From: an uncultured Candidatus Saccharibacteria bacterium
Lineage (GTDB): Bacteria > Patescibacteriota > Saccharimonadia > Saccharimonadales > CAYUUR01
NCBI GenBank assembly: GCA_964448075.1
Contig: CAYUUR010000001.1
Span: forward strand, 65,785-129,784
Reading direction: 5' to 3'
DNA: 64,000 nt
This document shows, in pieces, positions 1 to 10,081 of this stretch. Within the stretch, counting starts at the first letter, position 1. Every line of letters starts with the position of its first letter. Under the pieces are notes generated by a model. The model was not told where the DNA came from and did no database searches. It saw only the letters and a program-made list of their open reading frames with translations. The position numbers and the translations under genes are program-made.

Positions 1-235
1 CTTCCGCAACAATCGCGCATTCTGGTAGTTCATCTACTCCCGACTCTCGGTATGCTTCGAAAATACGATTACATGTACTAAATACATTTATGGCATCTTT
101 GCCAGTAGTTGAGACTGTTGGGTTAATGTTAGGGCACTGCCAGTAGCATTCCCCAGAGTCTCTTTGCTCAGCAGTAACAGGGCCTCCTGCGACAACAAAG
201 CTTTCGCTAAATAATGGACCTTCGCTGAAACTCAT
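1..235 (-). CDS. Hypothetical protein, 5' part only (runs off left edge); occupies the position where rpsG is normally found
   Basis: Minus-strand ATG at 235..233 overlaps the rpsL stop by 1 nt (TAATG). There are 78 stop-free codons to the window edge. Begins [34 protein letters not shown] and has no resemblance to S7. Absent from the ORF track because it has no stop in the window. Confidence 0.35.
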   Translation of the reverse strand, partial: MSFSEGPLFSESFVVAGGPVTAEQRDSGECYWQCPNINPTVSTTGKDAINVFSTCNRIFEAYRESGVDELPECAIVAE

Positions 236-648
236 TATTTGCTCTCTTTCTTGGCACCGTACTTGCTACGTCCCTGTTTGCGGTTTTCGACACCTTGCAG
301 GTCAAGTGCACCTCGCACAATGTGATAACGAACACCAGGAAGATCCTTAACACGTCCACCACGGATCAGAACAACAGCGTGTTCCTGTAGGTTGTGGCCT
401 TCGCCAGGGATATATGCCCAAACTTCATGACCGTTGTTCAAACGTACACGAGCGACTTTACGAAGCGCAGAGTTTGGCTTCTTTGGAGTTTTCGTGGTGA
501 CCTTAACACAGACACCACGCTTCAGCGGTGCTGCTTTTTCATAGTTTCTAGTTTTGAGGTTGTTAACAACCTTGTGTAGGGCTGGAGATTTTGACTTCTC
601 CTTCTTGATGCTGCGCGGTTTACGCACGAGCTGATTGATTGTTGGCAT
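235..648 (-). CDS. rpsL: 30S ribosomal protein S12
   Basis: 137 aa starting [12 protein letters not shown], with the conserved [16 protein letters not shown] block. AAGGAG lies upstream of the ATG. Confidence 0.97.
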   Translation of the reverse strand: MPTINQLVRKPRSIKKEKSKSPALHKVVNNLKTRNYEKAAPLKRGVCVKVTTKTPKKPNSALRKVARVRLNNGHEVWAYIPGEGHNLQEHAVVLIRGGRVKDLPGVRYHIVRGALDLQGVENRKQGRSKYGAKKESK

Positions 649-718
649 AGTTCTCCTTGTCTACTGCAGCATGTGATCGCCAAAATCACACGGCTCAGAC
701 ATTAGTTTATCGTTGTAA

Positions 719-747
719 ATAATATCAGGTTTGTACGAATCGTACAA
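719..747 (-). promoter_or_regulatory. Candidate rpsL promoter (TTGTAC-N17-TATTAT on minus strand)
   Basis: -35 is the reverse complement of 742..747 and -10 the reverse complement of 719..724, with a 17-nt spacer. It lies about 65 nt upstream of the rpsL ATG, and the leader contains AAGGAG. Confidence 0.35.
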
Positions 748-763
748 GTCTTTGGCTCGGGTT

Positions 764-794
764 GGTTGACGTGCAATGGTTTAGCACGTCAACC
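764..794 (-). terminator. Terminator-like hairpin after rpoC (11-bp perfect stem, 9-nt loop, no U-tract)
   Basis: GGTTGACGTGC-aatggttta-GCACGTCAACC lies 14 nt downstream of the rpoC stop. A second hairpin, TTGTACG-aat-CGTACAA, sits at 731..747. Confidence 0.3.
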
Positions 795-807
795 CTGGCC
801 CTGGAAC

Positions 808-3800
808 TTAGGCTTCGGTGGTAACTTTTGAAGCGACTTTAGGATCGTCAAGCTCAGGACGATAGCCGGTACCAACAGGTATGCGACGTCCCAAGATAAC
901 GTTTTCCTTCAAGCCATACAGGTGGTCAACCTTACCACTGGTTGCTGCGGCAATCAGCACACGAGTAGTGTCTTGGAAGCTCGCAGCACTCAAGAACGAC
1001 TCAGTTGATAGTGACGACTTAGTGATACCAAGTAGCAACTGTACAAACTTAGCTGGAGCTTTACCGTCAGCTACAAGCCGCTCGTTTTCTTCAATGACAG
1101 CGATTTTACTGACGATGTCGCCAGTTACAAATTCACTATCACCAGATTCCTCAATCTGCACGCGGCCAAACATCTGACGCACGATGATTTCAAGGTGCTT
1201 ATCTGCAATGTTCTGACCTTGTGAGGCAAAGATACGCAAGATTTCGTTCATGATGTAACGCTGCGTTACTTCAACACCTTGTAGGCGCATCAGTTCGTGC
1301 AGGTTAATCGAACCATTGGTGAGTCTTTGACCAGCAACAACTTCGTCACCGTCTTTGACAACCATTTGCTTGAATCCTGGGATCTCATAGCGGGCTGTTG
1401 GCTGATCTGAAGGCGTAATGACAATCTTGTCCTTGCGCACTGCAATCTTACCAGCAACAGGTACTACCAGCGGGCTAGAAGCGTTCTGGCCAGTAGCAAC
1501 TACGTCACCTACGGATACTTCAGCACCGTCTTCAATATCAGCAGTTCTTCCCTTAAGAGCGAGCTCTACTTTTTCCTTGCTGTTAGAGGTTACTTCTACT
1601 ACATACTGATTGCCATCTTCCCAGAGTCGGACTGTTCCAGCCATTTCACTCAAGTAAGCCTGACCCTTTGGAGTACGTACTTCAAAGATTTCTTCAACAC
1701 GTGGCAAACCTTGCGTAATGTCGTCAGCCGCAGCAGAACCACCAGAGTGGAAGGTTCGAAGCGTCAACTGCGTACCAGGTTCACCGATACTTTGTGCGGC
1801 AATCACACCAACTGGGTGACGGTTTGCAACGACTTCGCCAGTAGCAGGGTCGAGACCGTATGACTTACGTGATACGCCTCGTACGCTAGTACAGCTCAGC
1901 ACGCTCATGATACGAACGCCATCAAGCGATTCATCGGCCTCAATGGCGGCAGCTTTTTCACGAGTGATAGCGTCGCCTTTTTTGACAATCTTGCCAATGT
2001 TTTCTGCAGCATAACGACCTTCTAGTCGTGATGAATAGCTCACACCAATTTCTTTGGCGTCAGAGCGGTAGATGGCAAAACCATGGTCTTCACAGTCTTC
2101 TTCAAGTGTAAAGACATCTTGTGCGACATCAACCAAACGACGAGTCAGATAGCCTGAGTCAGCTGTCTTGAGGGCGGTGTCGATCATACCCTTACGAGCA
2201 CCACGGGTGGCCGTAAAGTACTCGAGCGGAGAAAAGCCATACTTATAGTTTGACTTAACTGGTAGCTCAATCGTGCGACCGGTAGCATCTGCAACTGGTC
2301 CAAGCATACCGACAGCTGTCGTTACCTGACCGAGGTTACCACGAGCACCAGATACTACAGCGATAGACATAGAACTGTCTTCGTTAGCAAACTGTGCAGC
2401 CAAGGTTTCCTGAACAGTCGCATATACCTTACCCCAAGTTTCAACAACGAGGCGGTAACGTTCTTCTTCAGTGATGAAACCTTGATCGTACTGATCGCTG
2501 ATTTCTGCACCTTTGCGTTCACCTTCAGCCAAGATCTCTTTAAGACCCTTAATGTCGCTGAAGTCACTCATACCCATAGACAAACCTGAAACAGTCGCAT
2601 AGGTGAATCCGAGGTCCTTCAGATCATCAGCGATCTCTGCAGTCTTGTCTTGTCCGTAGTTTTCGTACACCTGCGACATGACTTGCTGCAAGCGTTTTTT
2701 GGTCATAGCGTCGTCTTGGAATGGGAAGTCTTCTGGGAAGATTTCATTAAAGAGTACGCGACCAAGCGTTGTCTCACGAGTAACACCACGGAATGGAATC
2801 CGTACATGTGTCTGTAAGCTGAGAGATCCGCCATCAAGCGCCATAAGCGCTTCGTCAAGGCCTGAGAAGCCACGAATTTTCTTGTCTTCACTGGCTGCGC
2901 GGTCGTATGTTAGATAGTAACAGCCGAGCACAATATCTTGCTCGATATGGAGGATTGGCGAACCGTCGGCAGGTTTGAGTAGGTTCTTGTTGCTTGCCAT
3001 GATGTTCTTAGCTTCATCTTGTGCAGCATCGCTCAAAGGCAAGTGCACGGCCATCTGGTCACCATCAAAGTCAGCGTTGAAACCTTTACATACGAGTGGG
3101 TGTAGCTGAATTGCTTTACCTTCAATCAACACTGGTTGGAAAGCCTGGATCGAAAGACGGTGCAATGATGGAGCACGGTTCAATAGTACGTATTTGCCCT
3201 GGATGACTTTATCAAGTGCATCCCAGACAGGTGTTTCGCCGGCTTCGATCATGCGTGTTGCAGAACGAATGTTGTGAGCGTGCTCGTTTTCGATGAGTTC
3301 ACCAATGACAAATGGCTTGAATAGCTCAAGAGCCATCATCTTAGGGAGACCACACTGGCTGATCTTGAGTTCTGGTCCAGCAACAATCACTGAACGACCA
3401 GAATAATCAACGCGCTTACCAAGCAAGTTCTGACGGAAACGTCCTTGCTTACCCTTAAGCATGTCACTCAAAGACTTCAGACGACGTCGTTGGCCAGTTG
3501 CCGCTACAGCACGTCCTGAACGAGCGTTACTGTTGTCGATCAAAGCATCTACTGCTTCTTGTAACATACGCTGTTCGTTACGGCAGATAACTTCTGGAGC
3601 GTTAAGGTCCATAAGTTTCTTCAAACGGTTGTTACGGTTAATGACACGTCGGTAAAGATCGTTAAGGTCACTGGTAGCAAATCGTCCACCGGTCAACTGC
3701 ACCATTGGTCGCAGGTCTGGAGGGATCACAGGCAGAACGCTTACACAAAGACTGCTTGGCTTAATACCTGCGCGGTCCATGCTTTCAAGCAAACGAAGTC

Positions 3801-4626
3801 GCTTCATCAGCTTCTTCTTGCGTTGTCCCTTTGCTTCTGCCGCCTCTTCTTCAAGCGACTTGATAAGTGCTCCAAGGTCAACTTCTGTCAGTAGATCACG
3901 TAGTGCAGAACCTCCCATACCTACTTCAATGATGTCTTGGTATTCGTCGGGTAGAGCACGGTAGTCGTTCTCGCTGATAAGGGCCATCTTTACGAGTCCA
4001 ACAAGCTGAGCCTTAGAAAGGTCAAATGCCTCATTTAGCTCATCAAGTTCTTTGTTCTGAGCTTCAGCCAAGGCCTTAACGTCAGAACCTTCTTCTTTTG
4101 CTTGTGCCTCGTATCGTAGTTTGATTGCTTCTTTAGCAGCTTCAAACTCGGCTTCTTTGTCTTTGAGGAACTTGTCACGCTTATCTGTGTCAACAGACTT
4201 AATGATGTAACTCGCGAAGTAGACAACTCGCTCCAGGCTCTTAACTGTTGCACCAAGTACGAGACCCATTGCTGATGGTGTACCACGAAGGAACCAAATG
4301 TGTGCAACTGGTGTAGCAAGGCTAATATGACCCATACGTTCACGTCGCACAATGCTCTTGGTTACAAGTTCGCCTTTTTTGTCGACAGCAGCTTCGCGTG
4401 AGCGAACGCCCTTGTACTTAGCATCATGTGGGTTAATGTCTTTGACCGGACCAAAGATCCTCTCACAGAATAGGCCGTCGCGTTCTGGTTTCTGTGTTCG
4501 ATAATTGATTGTTTCTGGCTTGGTTACTTCACCGTGTGACCAGTCAAGAATATCTCCTGAGCTGGCAACGGCTAGGCGTACCGCGTCAAAATCTGCAATA
4601 TCTGTTCCGCTTGAGTAACGACGCAT
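808..4626 (-). CDS. rpoC: DNA-directed RNA polymerase subunit beta'
   Basis: 1272 aa containing [12 protein letters not shown] (the catalytic Mg site) and conserved RpoC blocks. The start overlaps the rpoB stop by 1 nt. Confidence 0.98.
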   Translation of the reverse strand: MRRYSSGTDIADFDAVRLAVASSGDILDWSHGEVTKPETINYRTQKPERDGLFCERIFGPVKDINPHDAKYKGVRSREAAVDKKGELVTKSIVRRERMGHISLATPVAHIWFLRGTPSAMGLVLGATVKSLERVVYFASYIIKSVDTDKRDKFLKDKEAEFEAAKEAIKLRYEAQAKEEGSDVKALAEAQNKELDELNEAFDLSKAQLVGLVKMALISENDYRALPDEYQDIIEVGMGGSALRDLLTEVDLGALIKSLEEEAAEAKGQRKKKLMKRLRLLESMDRAGIKPSSLCVSVLPVIPPDLRPMVQLTGGRFATSDLNDLYRRVINRNNRLKKLMDLNAPEVICRNEQRMLQEAVDALIDNSNARSGRAVAATGQRRRLKSLSDMLKGKQGRFRQNLLGKRVDYSGRSVIVAGPELKISQCGLPKMMALELFKPFVIGELIENEHAHNIRSATRMIEAGETPVWDALDKVIQGKYVLLNRAPSLHRLSIQAFQPVLIEGKAIQLHPLVCKGFNADFDGDQMAVHLPLSDAAQDEAKNIMASNKNLLKPADGSPILHIEQDIVLGCYYLTYDRAASEDKKIRGFSGLDEALMALDGGSLSLQTHVRIPFRGVTRETTLGRVLFNEIFPEDFPFQDDAMTKKRLQQVMSQVYENYGQDKTAEIADDLKDLGFTYATVSGLSMGMSDFSDIKGLKEILAEGERKGAEISDQYDQGFITEEERYRLVVETWGKVYATVQETLAAQFANEDSSMSIAVVSGARGNLGQVTTAVGMLGPVADATGRTIELPVKSNYKYGFSPLEYFTATRGARKGMIDTALKTADSGYLTRRLVDVAQDVFTLEEDCEDHGFAIYRSDAKEIGVSYSSRLEGRYAAENIGKIVKKGDAITREKAAAIEADESLDGVRIMSVLSCTSVRGVSRKSYGLDPATGEVVANRHPVGVIAAQSIGEPGTQLTLRTFHSGGSAAADDITQGLPRVEEIFEVRTPKGQAYLSEMAGTVRLWEDGNQYVVEVTSNSKEKVELALKGRTADIEDGAEVSVGDVVATGQNASSPLVVPVAGKIAVRKDKIVITPSDQPTARYEIPGFKQMVVKDGDEVVAGQRLTNGSINLHELMRLQGVEVTQRYIMNEILRIFASQGQNIADKHLEIIVRQMFGRVQIEESGDSEFVTGDIVSKIAVIEENERLVADGKAPAKFVQLLLGITKSSLSTESFLSAASFQDTTRVLIAAATSGKVDHLYGLKENVILGRRIPVGTGYRPELDDPKVASKVTTEA

Positions 4627-7600
4627 TACGCTACCTCCTTCTCTGCTTCATCATCTGAGACGGCTACCGAAGCCTCGTCTGCATCATCGGATGTATCATC
4701 CGCAACTACTGTCGTGGTTGCACTGCCGTGCAGTTCATCGTCAAGTTCCATCATGGCAAACTCGTCTGTGACTGCATCTTCAGTAATATCGATGTTGTTA
4801 ATTTCTTCTGTAGGCACAGGAACGTCTGAAATATGTGCTGCTTCGTCTTTGACGTTGTCAGCAAGCACTTCTTCAGCGTCAATGACAGCATCTGATGTTA
4901 CGAGGTCAACCTTAAGGCCAAGACCTTGTAGCTCTTTTACAAGCACGTTGAACGATTCAGGGACCTTTGGTCCAACAATCTCTGTCTTCTTAATGATAGA
5001 CTCGTAAGCTTTGCTACGACCATACACATCGTCTGACTTGATAGTCAGCATTTCTTGCAAGGTGTTTGATGCGCCGTATGCTTCGAGCGCCCACACTTCC
5101 ATTTCTCCAAATCGCTGACCACCGTTTTGCGCCTTACCGCCAAGAGGCTGTTGCGTCACCATGGTGTATGGACCAGTTGAACGCGCGTGGATCTTGTCAG
5201 TAACCATGTGATTGAGCTTAATCATGTACATACTACCGACGGTAGTGCGTTCCTTGAAGGCTTCACCGGTACGCCCATCATAGAGCTGCTGCTTGCCGTC
5301 TTCTGGCAGACCAGCCTCTTTGAGGAGTTCTTGGATAGTCGTAATCTTAACACCGTCGAATGATGGACTTGCAACGGTAATACCGAGTGCGCGAGCTGCC
5401 ATACCAAGGTGTGTTTCAAACAGCTGTCCTACGTTCATACGACTTGGCACGCCCAACGGGTTCAACACGATGTCGATTGGCGTACCATCTTCTGTGAATG
5501 GCATGTCTTCAATCGGCATAACGCGGGCGATAACACCCTTGTTACCGTGACGTCCACCAAGCTTATCGCCAACAGAGATCTTGCGCATTTGAGCCACAAA
5601 GACTTGGATCTGCATGATGACACCAGCTTTGAGTTCATGTCCGTTCGCACGTGAGAAGACTTTGACGCCAACAACTTTACCGTGCTTACCGTTACTCATA
5701 CGCTGTGATGTATCACGAACTTCTTTGGCTTTTTCACCAAAGATAGCTCGCAGCAAGCGTTCTTCGCTAGAAAGCTCTTGTTCGCCCTTTGGCGTGATTT
5801 TACCGACGAGGATGTCGCCAGGATGAACTTCTGCACCAATACGGACAATACCGTCTTCATCAAGGTGACGAAGTGCGTCTTCTGAAACATTCGGGATATC
5901 ACGAGTAACAATTTCAGGGCCTAACTTTGTCTCGCGAACTTCCGTCATGTAGTCCACGATATGAACTGATGTCAGCGTGTCGTCTTCCACGAGTTTACGA
6001 GAGATGATGATAGCATCTTCAAAGTTGTAACCACGCCATGGCATGAATGCTACAAAGAGATCCTTGCCAAGTGCCAGTTCGCCCTTAGAGATCGACATAC
6101 CTTCGATAAGCACATCGTCTTTTTTAACCTTCTGACCAGCTGTTACGACAACCTTTTGGTTGATGCTAGTGCCTTCGTTGCTACGAACGTAGTGAAGTGG
6201 TTCGTACTTGACGCTGCCGCTCTTGTATTTAACAACTACTTCGTCAGCTGAGGCCCGCGTTACTTCACCGGCGTCTTCAGCAAGGATCATTTGACCACTG
6301 TTACGAGCAACAGCACCTTCTAGACCAGTACCAACAATTGGCGCTTGTGGCTTAATAAGCGGAACAGCTTGACGCTGCTGGTTACTACCCATCAATGAGC
6401 GATACACATAGTTCTTTTCAATGAACGGAATCAGACCGGCTGATGAACCGATAATCTGCTTACGCGATGCATCCATGTGTGTTACATCGTTAGAATCAAC
6501 TTCACCTGTCTGCAAGCGGTTACGAGCACTCACGCGCTCACTTACAAAGTAGCCGTTTTCATCAAGTTCTTCAGTAGCGTTAGCGATGGTCGCTGATTCT
6601 TCTGCAGATGCGTCAAGATAGATAACTTCATTTGTTACCTTGGCTCGTACCGGCCATGTTACTTGATTCTTGACGGTTGCTAGCTTTTTAGCATCTGCAT
6701 CCGTAATCGTTGCACCAGCCTTGACAATAACTTTACCTTTTTCGTCTTCGAGGTTAACTCGAGCAATATAGCCAGCTGCATCTTTAGCAGTAACAGCGTT
6801 AACTACTTTACGGTACGGTGTTTCAACCAATCCGTAGTCATTAATTCGAGCATAGCTAGCAAGGTTTAGTACCAAGCCGATGTTGGCGCCTTCTGGAGTT
6901 TCAACTGCACAGATACGACCGTAGTGGGTGGCATGCGCGTCACGTACTTCAAAACCGGCACGTTCACGAGACAATCCACCAGGACCCATTGAACTCAGGC
7001 GTCGCTTGTGAGCAAGCTCAGACAGTGGGTTAATCTGATCCATGAACTGAGAAAGCTGTGATGAAGCAAAGAATTCACGCACCGCAGCAACAATTGGACG
7101 AGCATTGATGAGCTGGCCGGGAGTAACCGTCTCAATCTCTGACATGCTCATTCTGTCCTTAGTATTGCGTTCCATACGGAGCAAACCGATACGGAATTGT
7201 CGTTGTACGAGTTCGCCAACCAATTTAACACGACGGTTTGCGAGTGAATCGATATCATCGGCAGGTTCCTGCGTGTTATTAAGGCGGATAAGCTCTGCAA
7301 TAATCGCCGTAAGGTCTTCAAGACGCATAATACGGTTTTCTGCAGTGTTAGGGATGTCGATGTTCAGACGTTTGTTGATCTTATAACGACCAACACGACT
7401 AAAGTCAAAACGCTTGAAGTTATAGAACATGTTTTCTAGTAGACTTCGCGCGTTGTCTACTGTTGCAAGATCACCGGGTCGCAAGCGACGATAAACTTCA
7501 ATCAAGGCATCATTTGTGCCACGAGCAGGGTCCTTGTCAAGCGTCGCAGTAATGTGGCTTAGTTTACCCTGATCAACATGTGCAAACGTTTCACGCATTT

Positions 7601-8213
7601 GGTTTTCATTGAGACCAAGCGCACGCAACAGCGTTGTTACTGGTATCTTACGCTTACGGTCAATTTTGACATACAGAGCACCGTTCGCGGCGGTCTCAAA
7701 CTCAAGCCATGCGCCACGGCCAGGAATAACTTTAGCGCCGTAAAGATTAGTAGTACCGTGCATATCGGCAGTAAAGAAAACACCAGCAGAACGGATCAGC
7801 TGGCTTACAACAACGCGTTCAGCGCCATTAATGATAAACGTACCGCGAGTGGTCATCCATGGGTAATCACCGAGGTAAATTTCTTGTTCTTTAACTTCGC
7901 CAGTGACTTTATTAGTCAGTTCGACCACTGCCTTAAGCGGTGCGTCATAACTAACATTGTTTTCTCTGGCTTCTGCCTCTGACATCTTTGGTGTTTCAAA
8001 GCGGTAATCCTTGAAACGAAGACTTAGTTTTGTGCCCGTATAGTCATCTATAGGGCTGATTTCACTCAAAAGCTCCCCAAGACCTTCTTCTACAAACCAC
8101 TGAAATGATTTGTTCTGATGGTCTACGAGGTTTGGTAGCTTGAGAGCGTCGTCGCTAGTAGTGAAGAAAACGCGTTCCTTCGATTTGATAAGGTCTGACA
8201 AACTCTTGCTCAT
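4626..8213 (-). CDS. rpoB: DNA-directed RNA polymerase subunit beta (start moved to internal ATG; about 95-aa acidic C-terminal tail)
   Basis: Conserved RpoB blocks are present (GDKLGGRHGNKGV, NPLGVPSRMNVGQ). The ORF-track start 8318 adds 35 non-conserved residues. MSKSLSDLIK starts at 8213, downstream of a strong promoter and a GGGAG. Confidence 0.96.
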   Translation of the reverse strand: MSKSLSDLIKSKERVFFTTSDDALKLPNLVDHQNKSFQWFVEEGLGELLSEISPIDDYTGTKLSLRFKDYRFETPKMSEAEARENNVSYDAPLKAVVELTNKVTGEVKEQEIYLGDYPWMTTRGTFIINGAERVVVSQLIRSAGVFFTADMHGTTNLYGAKVIPGRGAWLEFETAANGALYVKIDRKRKIPVTTLLRALGLNENQMRETFAHVDQGKLSHITATLDKDPARGTNDALIEVYRRLRPGDLATVDNARSLLENMFYNFKRFDFSRVGRYKINKRLNIDIPNTAENRIMRLEDLTAIIAELIRLNNTQEPADDIDSLANRRVKLVGELVQRQFRIGLLRMERNTKDRMSMSEIETVTPGQLINARPIVAAVREFFASSQLSQFMDQINPLSELAHKRRLSSMGPGGLSRERAGFEVRDAHATHYGRICAVETPEGANIGLVLNLASYARINDYGLVETPYRKVVNAVTAKDAAGYIARVNLEDEKGKVIVKAGATITDADAKKLATVKNQVTWPVRAKVTNEVIYLDASAEESATIANATEELDENGYFVSERVSARNRLQTGEVDSNDVTHMDASRKQIIGSSAGLIPFIEKNYVYRSLMGSNQQRQAVPLIKPQAPIVGTGLEGAVARNSGQMILAEDAGEVTRASADEVVVKYKSGSVKYEPLHYVRSNEGTSINQKVVVTAGQKVKKDDVLIEGMSISKGELALGKDLFVAFMPWRGYNFEDAIIISRKLVEDDTLTSVHIVDYMTEVRETKLGPEIVTRDIPNVSEDALRHLDEDGIVRIGAEVHPGDILVGKITPKGEQELSSEERLLRAIFGEKAKEVRDTSQRMSNGKHGKVVGVKVFSRANGHELKAGVIMQIQVFVAQMRKISVGDKLGGRHGNKGVIARVMPIEDMPFTEDGTPIDIVLNPLGVPSRMNVGQLFETHLGMAARALGITVASPSFDGVKITTIQELLKEAGLPEDGKQQLYDGRTGEAFKERTTVGSMYMIKLNHMVTDKIHARSTGPYTMVTQQPLGGKAQNGGQRFGEMEVWALEAYGASNTLQEMLTIKSDDVYGRSKAYESIIKKTEIVGPKVPESFNVLVKELQGLGLKVDLVTSDAVIDAEEVLADNVKDEAAHISDVPVPTEEINNIDITEDAVTDEFAMMELDDELHGSATTTVVADDTSDDADEASVAVSDDEAEKEVA

Positions 8214-8353
8214 GTAAAGCAATACTCCCGTGTTATAAATTGATTGTTTTTGGTTACTCTTGCGCGCGAAGACTCTAAGAGGGGGTTTTAGGTGCTTATC
8301 TGTGCTTTTGAGAGGCAACTACAGCACTACCCACTTACCCTACTTCTCGGTGT

Positions 8354-8382
8354 ATTCTATCTATCAATAACACAAGTGTCAA
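8354..8382 (-). promoter_or_regulatory. rpoBC promoter TTGACA-N17-TAGAAT
   Basis: -35 is the reverse complement of 8377..8382 and -10 the reverse complement of 8354..8359, with a 17-nt spacer. This gives a 5' UTR of about 130 nt. The 10-nt palindrome CAAGCGCTTG (8380..8389) overlaps the -35. Confidence 0.55.
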
Positions 8383-8392
8383 GCGCTTGGCA

Positions 8393-9058
8393 TCAACTCA
8401 TTGAGATCTGATGTAAGCCACGACCTATCTCTTTGTCGCCAACAATGCCTAAAATTTCAATAAACAAGCGATTCATATTGGGTGCTTCATAAGCGGTTTG
8501 TTCAATAGTAAATTGGCCCAGCCTGAGTGTCTCTGGATCGCTGCGTTGTTCAAATCTGGTTTGGTCAACCAGCTCTTCAAGGAATTCTTCACCCTTCCAA
8601 ACATGTATGCTTACTGGTTGATCATTGCACTCACGTAAAGCCAAAGCAGCCATAACATAGGTCATAGCTTGATCGGGTGCAATCAACTCTCTTATAACTC
8701 GGTAACGGTGTGGCAAGAGTTCAGAAACATGGAGTTTAGCTGCGCGCTCTATGCTTCCAATTGGCCAGGGCCGCTTACTCGATACATTGTCGGCCGTAGT
8801 GCAGATCGCATCAAGCCCAGATGCACTGTCATGAACGACAACGCTTCGGTGTGCGTAACGTTGCCGAGAACGGTTGAGTTCAGTACCAACGGTACGGTTT
8901 GGATACGCCCAGTTAAGCGGTTCTGTATTTGCAACCGCTGCACCGCGTTGCACTCCAAGCATTTGAGCATAATAACCAAGACGTAATTCTTGCACCTCAG
9001 GCCAGTGTTGCTGCATGAGCTCCGCTGGCGTTGTTTCGGCATAAGCTGAGTGTTCCAT
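8393..9058 (-). CDS. Hypothetical protein (221 aa), no recognisable motifs
   Basis: Long ORF in the position usually held by clpX, downstream of clpP. It has its own TGcTACCAT box (9065..9073) 6 nt upstream of the ATG. Confidence 0.6.
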   Translation of the reverse strand: MEHSAYAETTPAELMQQHWPEVQELRLGYYAQMLGVQRGAAVANTEPLNWAYPNRTVGTELNRSRQRYAHRSVVVHDSASGLDAICTTADNVSSKRPWPIGSIERAAKLHVSELLPHRYRVIRELIAPDQAMTYVMAALALRECNDQPVSIHVWKGEEFLEELVDQTRFEQRSDPETLRLGQFTIEQTAYEAPNMNRLFIEILGIVGDKEIGRGLHQISMS

Positions 9059-9099
9059 AATGTTATGGTAGCACAGCCTACACGCTGAAACATGAGCGT

Positions 9100-9708
9100 T
9101 TACTTTGGCGGGTTGTCTATGATCTTATCGACAATGCCGTATTTGAGTGACTCAGTAGCAGTCATCCACTTATCGCGTTCCATGTCTTCGTGAATTTTAG
9201 CTACTTTTTGACCAGTGTTTTTAGCCATAATCTCTTCAAGTAACTTCTTAACGCGCAGACTTTCACGCAGGTCAATTTCTTGATCTGTTACTTTTCCACG
9301 AGTACCACTGGAAGGCTGATGAACCATCACGGATGCATTTGGCAAGATCATGCGCTTACCTTTGGTGCCGCTGCTTAGTATAAATGCTGCTGCACTCGCC
9401 TGAATGCCAATGCCGACAGTTTGGATATCACTCTTAACAAAGTTCATAGTGTCGTAGATCGCCAATGCATCATAGACGCTACCGCCAGGACTGTTGATAT
9501 ACAGGTATATGTCTTTGCCAGGGTTTTCATTATCAAGAAAGAGCAATTGTGCCACGATAAGGTTAGCAGTATGCGGATTAACATCTTCACCCATAAAGAT
9601 AATACGGTCACGCAACAAACGAGAATATATATCGTAGGCGCGCTCCATGCGACCCTCTGATTCAATTACAGTTGGTATAAGTGCTGCGTGTGGCGTTTGA
9701 GTAGTCAT
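9100..9708 (-). CDS. clpP: ATP-dependent Clp protease proteolytic subunit
   Basis: Contains [30 protein letters not shown], the Ser (IQASAAA) and His (MVHQPS) catalytic contexts. Start set to ATG 9708 because the CIRCE and promoter overlap the longer 9744 call. Confidence 0.93.
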   Translation of the reverse strand: MTTQTPHAALIPTVIESEGRMERAYDIYSRLLRDRIIFMGEDVNPHTANLIVAQLLFLDNENPGKDIYLYINSPGGSVYDALAIYDTMNFVKSDIQTVGIGIQASAAAFILSSGTKGKRMILPNASVMVHQPSSGTRGKVTDQEIDLRESLRVKKLLEEIMAKNTGQKVAKIHEDMERDKWMTATESLKYGIVDKIIDNPPK

Positions 9709-9730
9709 AACCCAACTATAGCAAAGCGAA

Positions 9731-9757
9731 TTGGCACTCGTCAAGTGAGAGTGCTAG
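9731..9757 (-). promoter_or_regulatory. CIRCE-type inverted repeat (HrcA operator) overlapping the clpP -35
   Basis: TTGGCACTC-N9-GAGTGCTAG against the consensus TTAGCACTC-N9-GAGTGCTAA, one mismatch per arm. On the minus strand, TTGACG lies within the spacer and right arm, followed 18 nt later by TGcTATAGT. Confidence 0.7.
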
Positions 9758-10047
9758 TTTGTTGTGATAGTCTGTGACGGTACTTGTGTTACACCTAGCG
9801 CGGCTGCTTCGTTCCGGCGTTCAATGTGATCGGCACCGAGATATAAACTTGCTTGAGCAACAAGCGCTGTCATGCCAGCCCCAATAGTATGAATAACGTC
9901 TTGTACTTCTATTGTAGTACTAAGATCATGCTTCACCTCAAGTACCGTCATGGCCACACTAAGCACAGCAGCACCGAGTGTTGCTATTTTGCCCGTAGAA
10001 CCAAGACCTTCTTGTTGTGCAAGCGTTATTGATGAATATCTTTCCAT
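9754..10047 (-). CDS. Hypothetical small protein, probably two transmembrane helices
   Basis: 97 aa with two hydrophobic stretches (GKIATLGAAVLSVAMTVL and IGAGMTALVAQASLYLGA). TGgTATAAT (10057..10065) lies 9 nt upstream of the ATG. The stop codon lies inside the CIRCE. Confidence 0.5.
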   Translation of the reverse strand: MERYSSITLAQQEGLGSTGKIATLGAAVLSVAMTVLEVKHDLSTTIEVQDVIHTIGAGMTALVAQASLYLGADHIERRNEAAALGVTQVPSQTITTN

Positions 10048-10081
10048 AAGAAGCCTATTATACCATACATTCCGTATGTGT

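Noticed and set aside
808-8318. Numerous 60-134-aa ORFs antisense to or out of frame within rpoC/rpoB (for example 7578..7982 and 4035..4352). Similar shadow ORFs occur in clpC (26204..26772), nusA (28368..28946), gatA (47139..48004), rnhB/rplS (32255..32764), the PLC-like gene (14623..15135), the fba/kinase region (57040..57558) and rpiB/TM (61384..61887).
   Set aside because: They are fully embedded in strongly supported conserved genes, have low-complexity Ser/Arg/Leu-rich translations with no motifs, and lack start contexts. They are typical shadow ORFs.
8380-8389. 10-nt perfect palindrome CAAGCGCTTG overlapping the rpoB -35, considered as an operator.
   Set aside because: It is too short and occurs only once in the window, so it cannot be distinguished from chance. 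It is noted only in the promoter feature.
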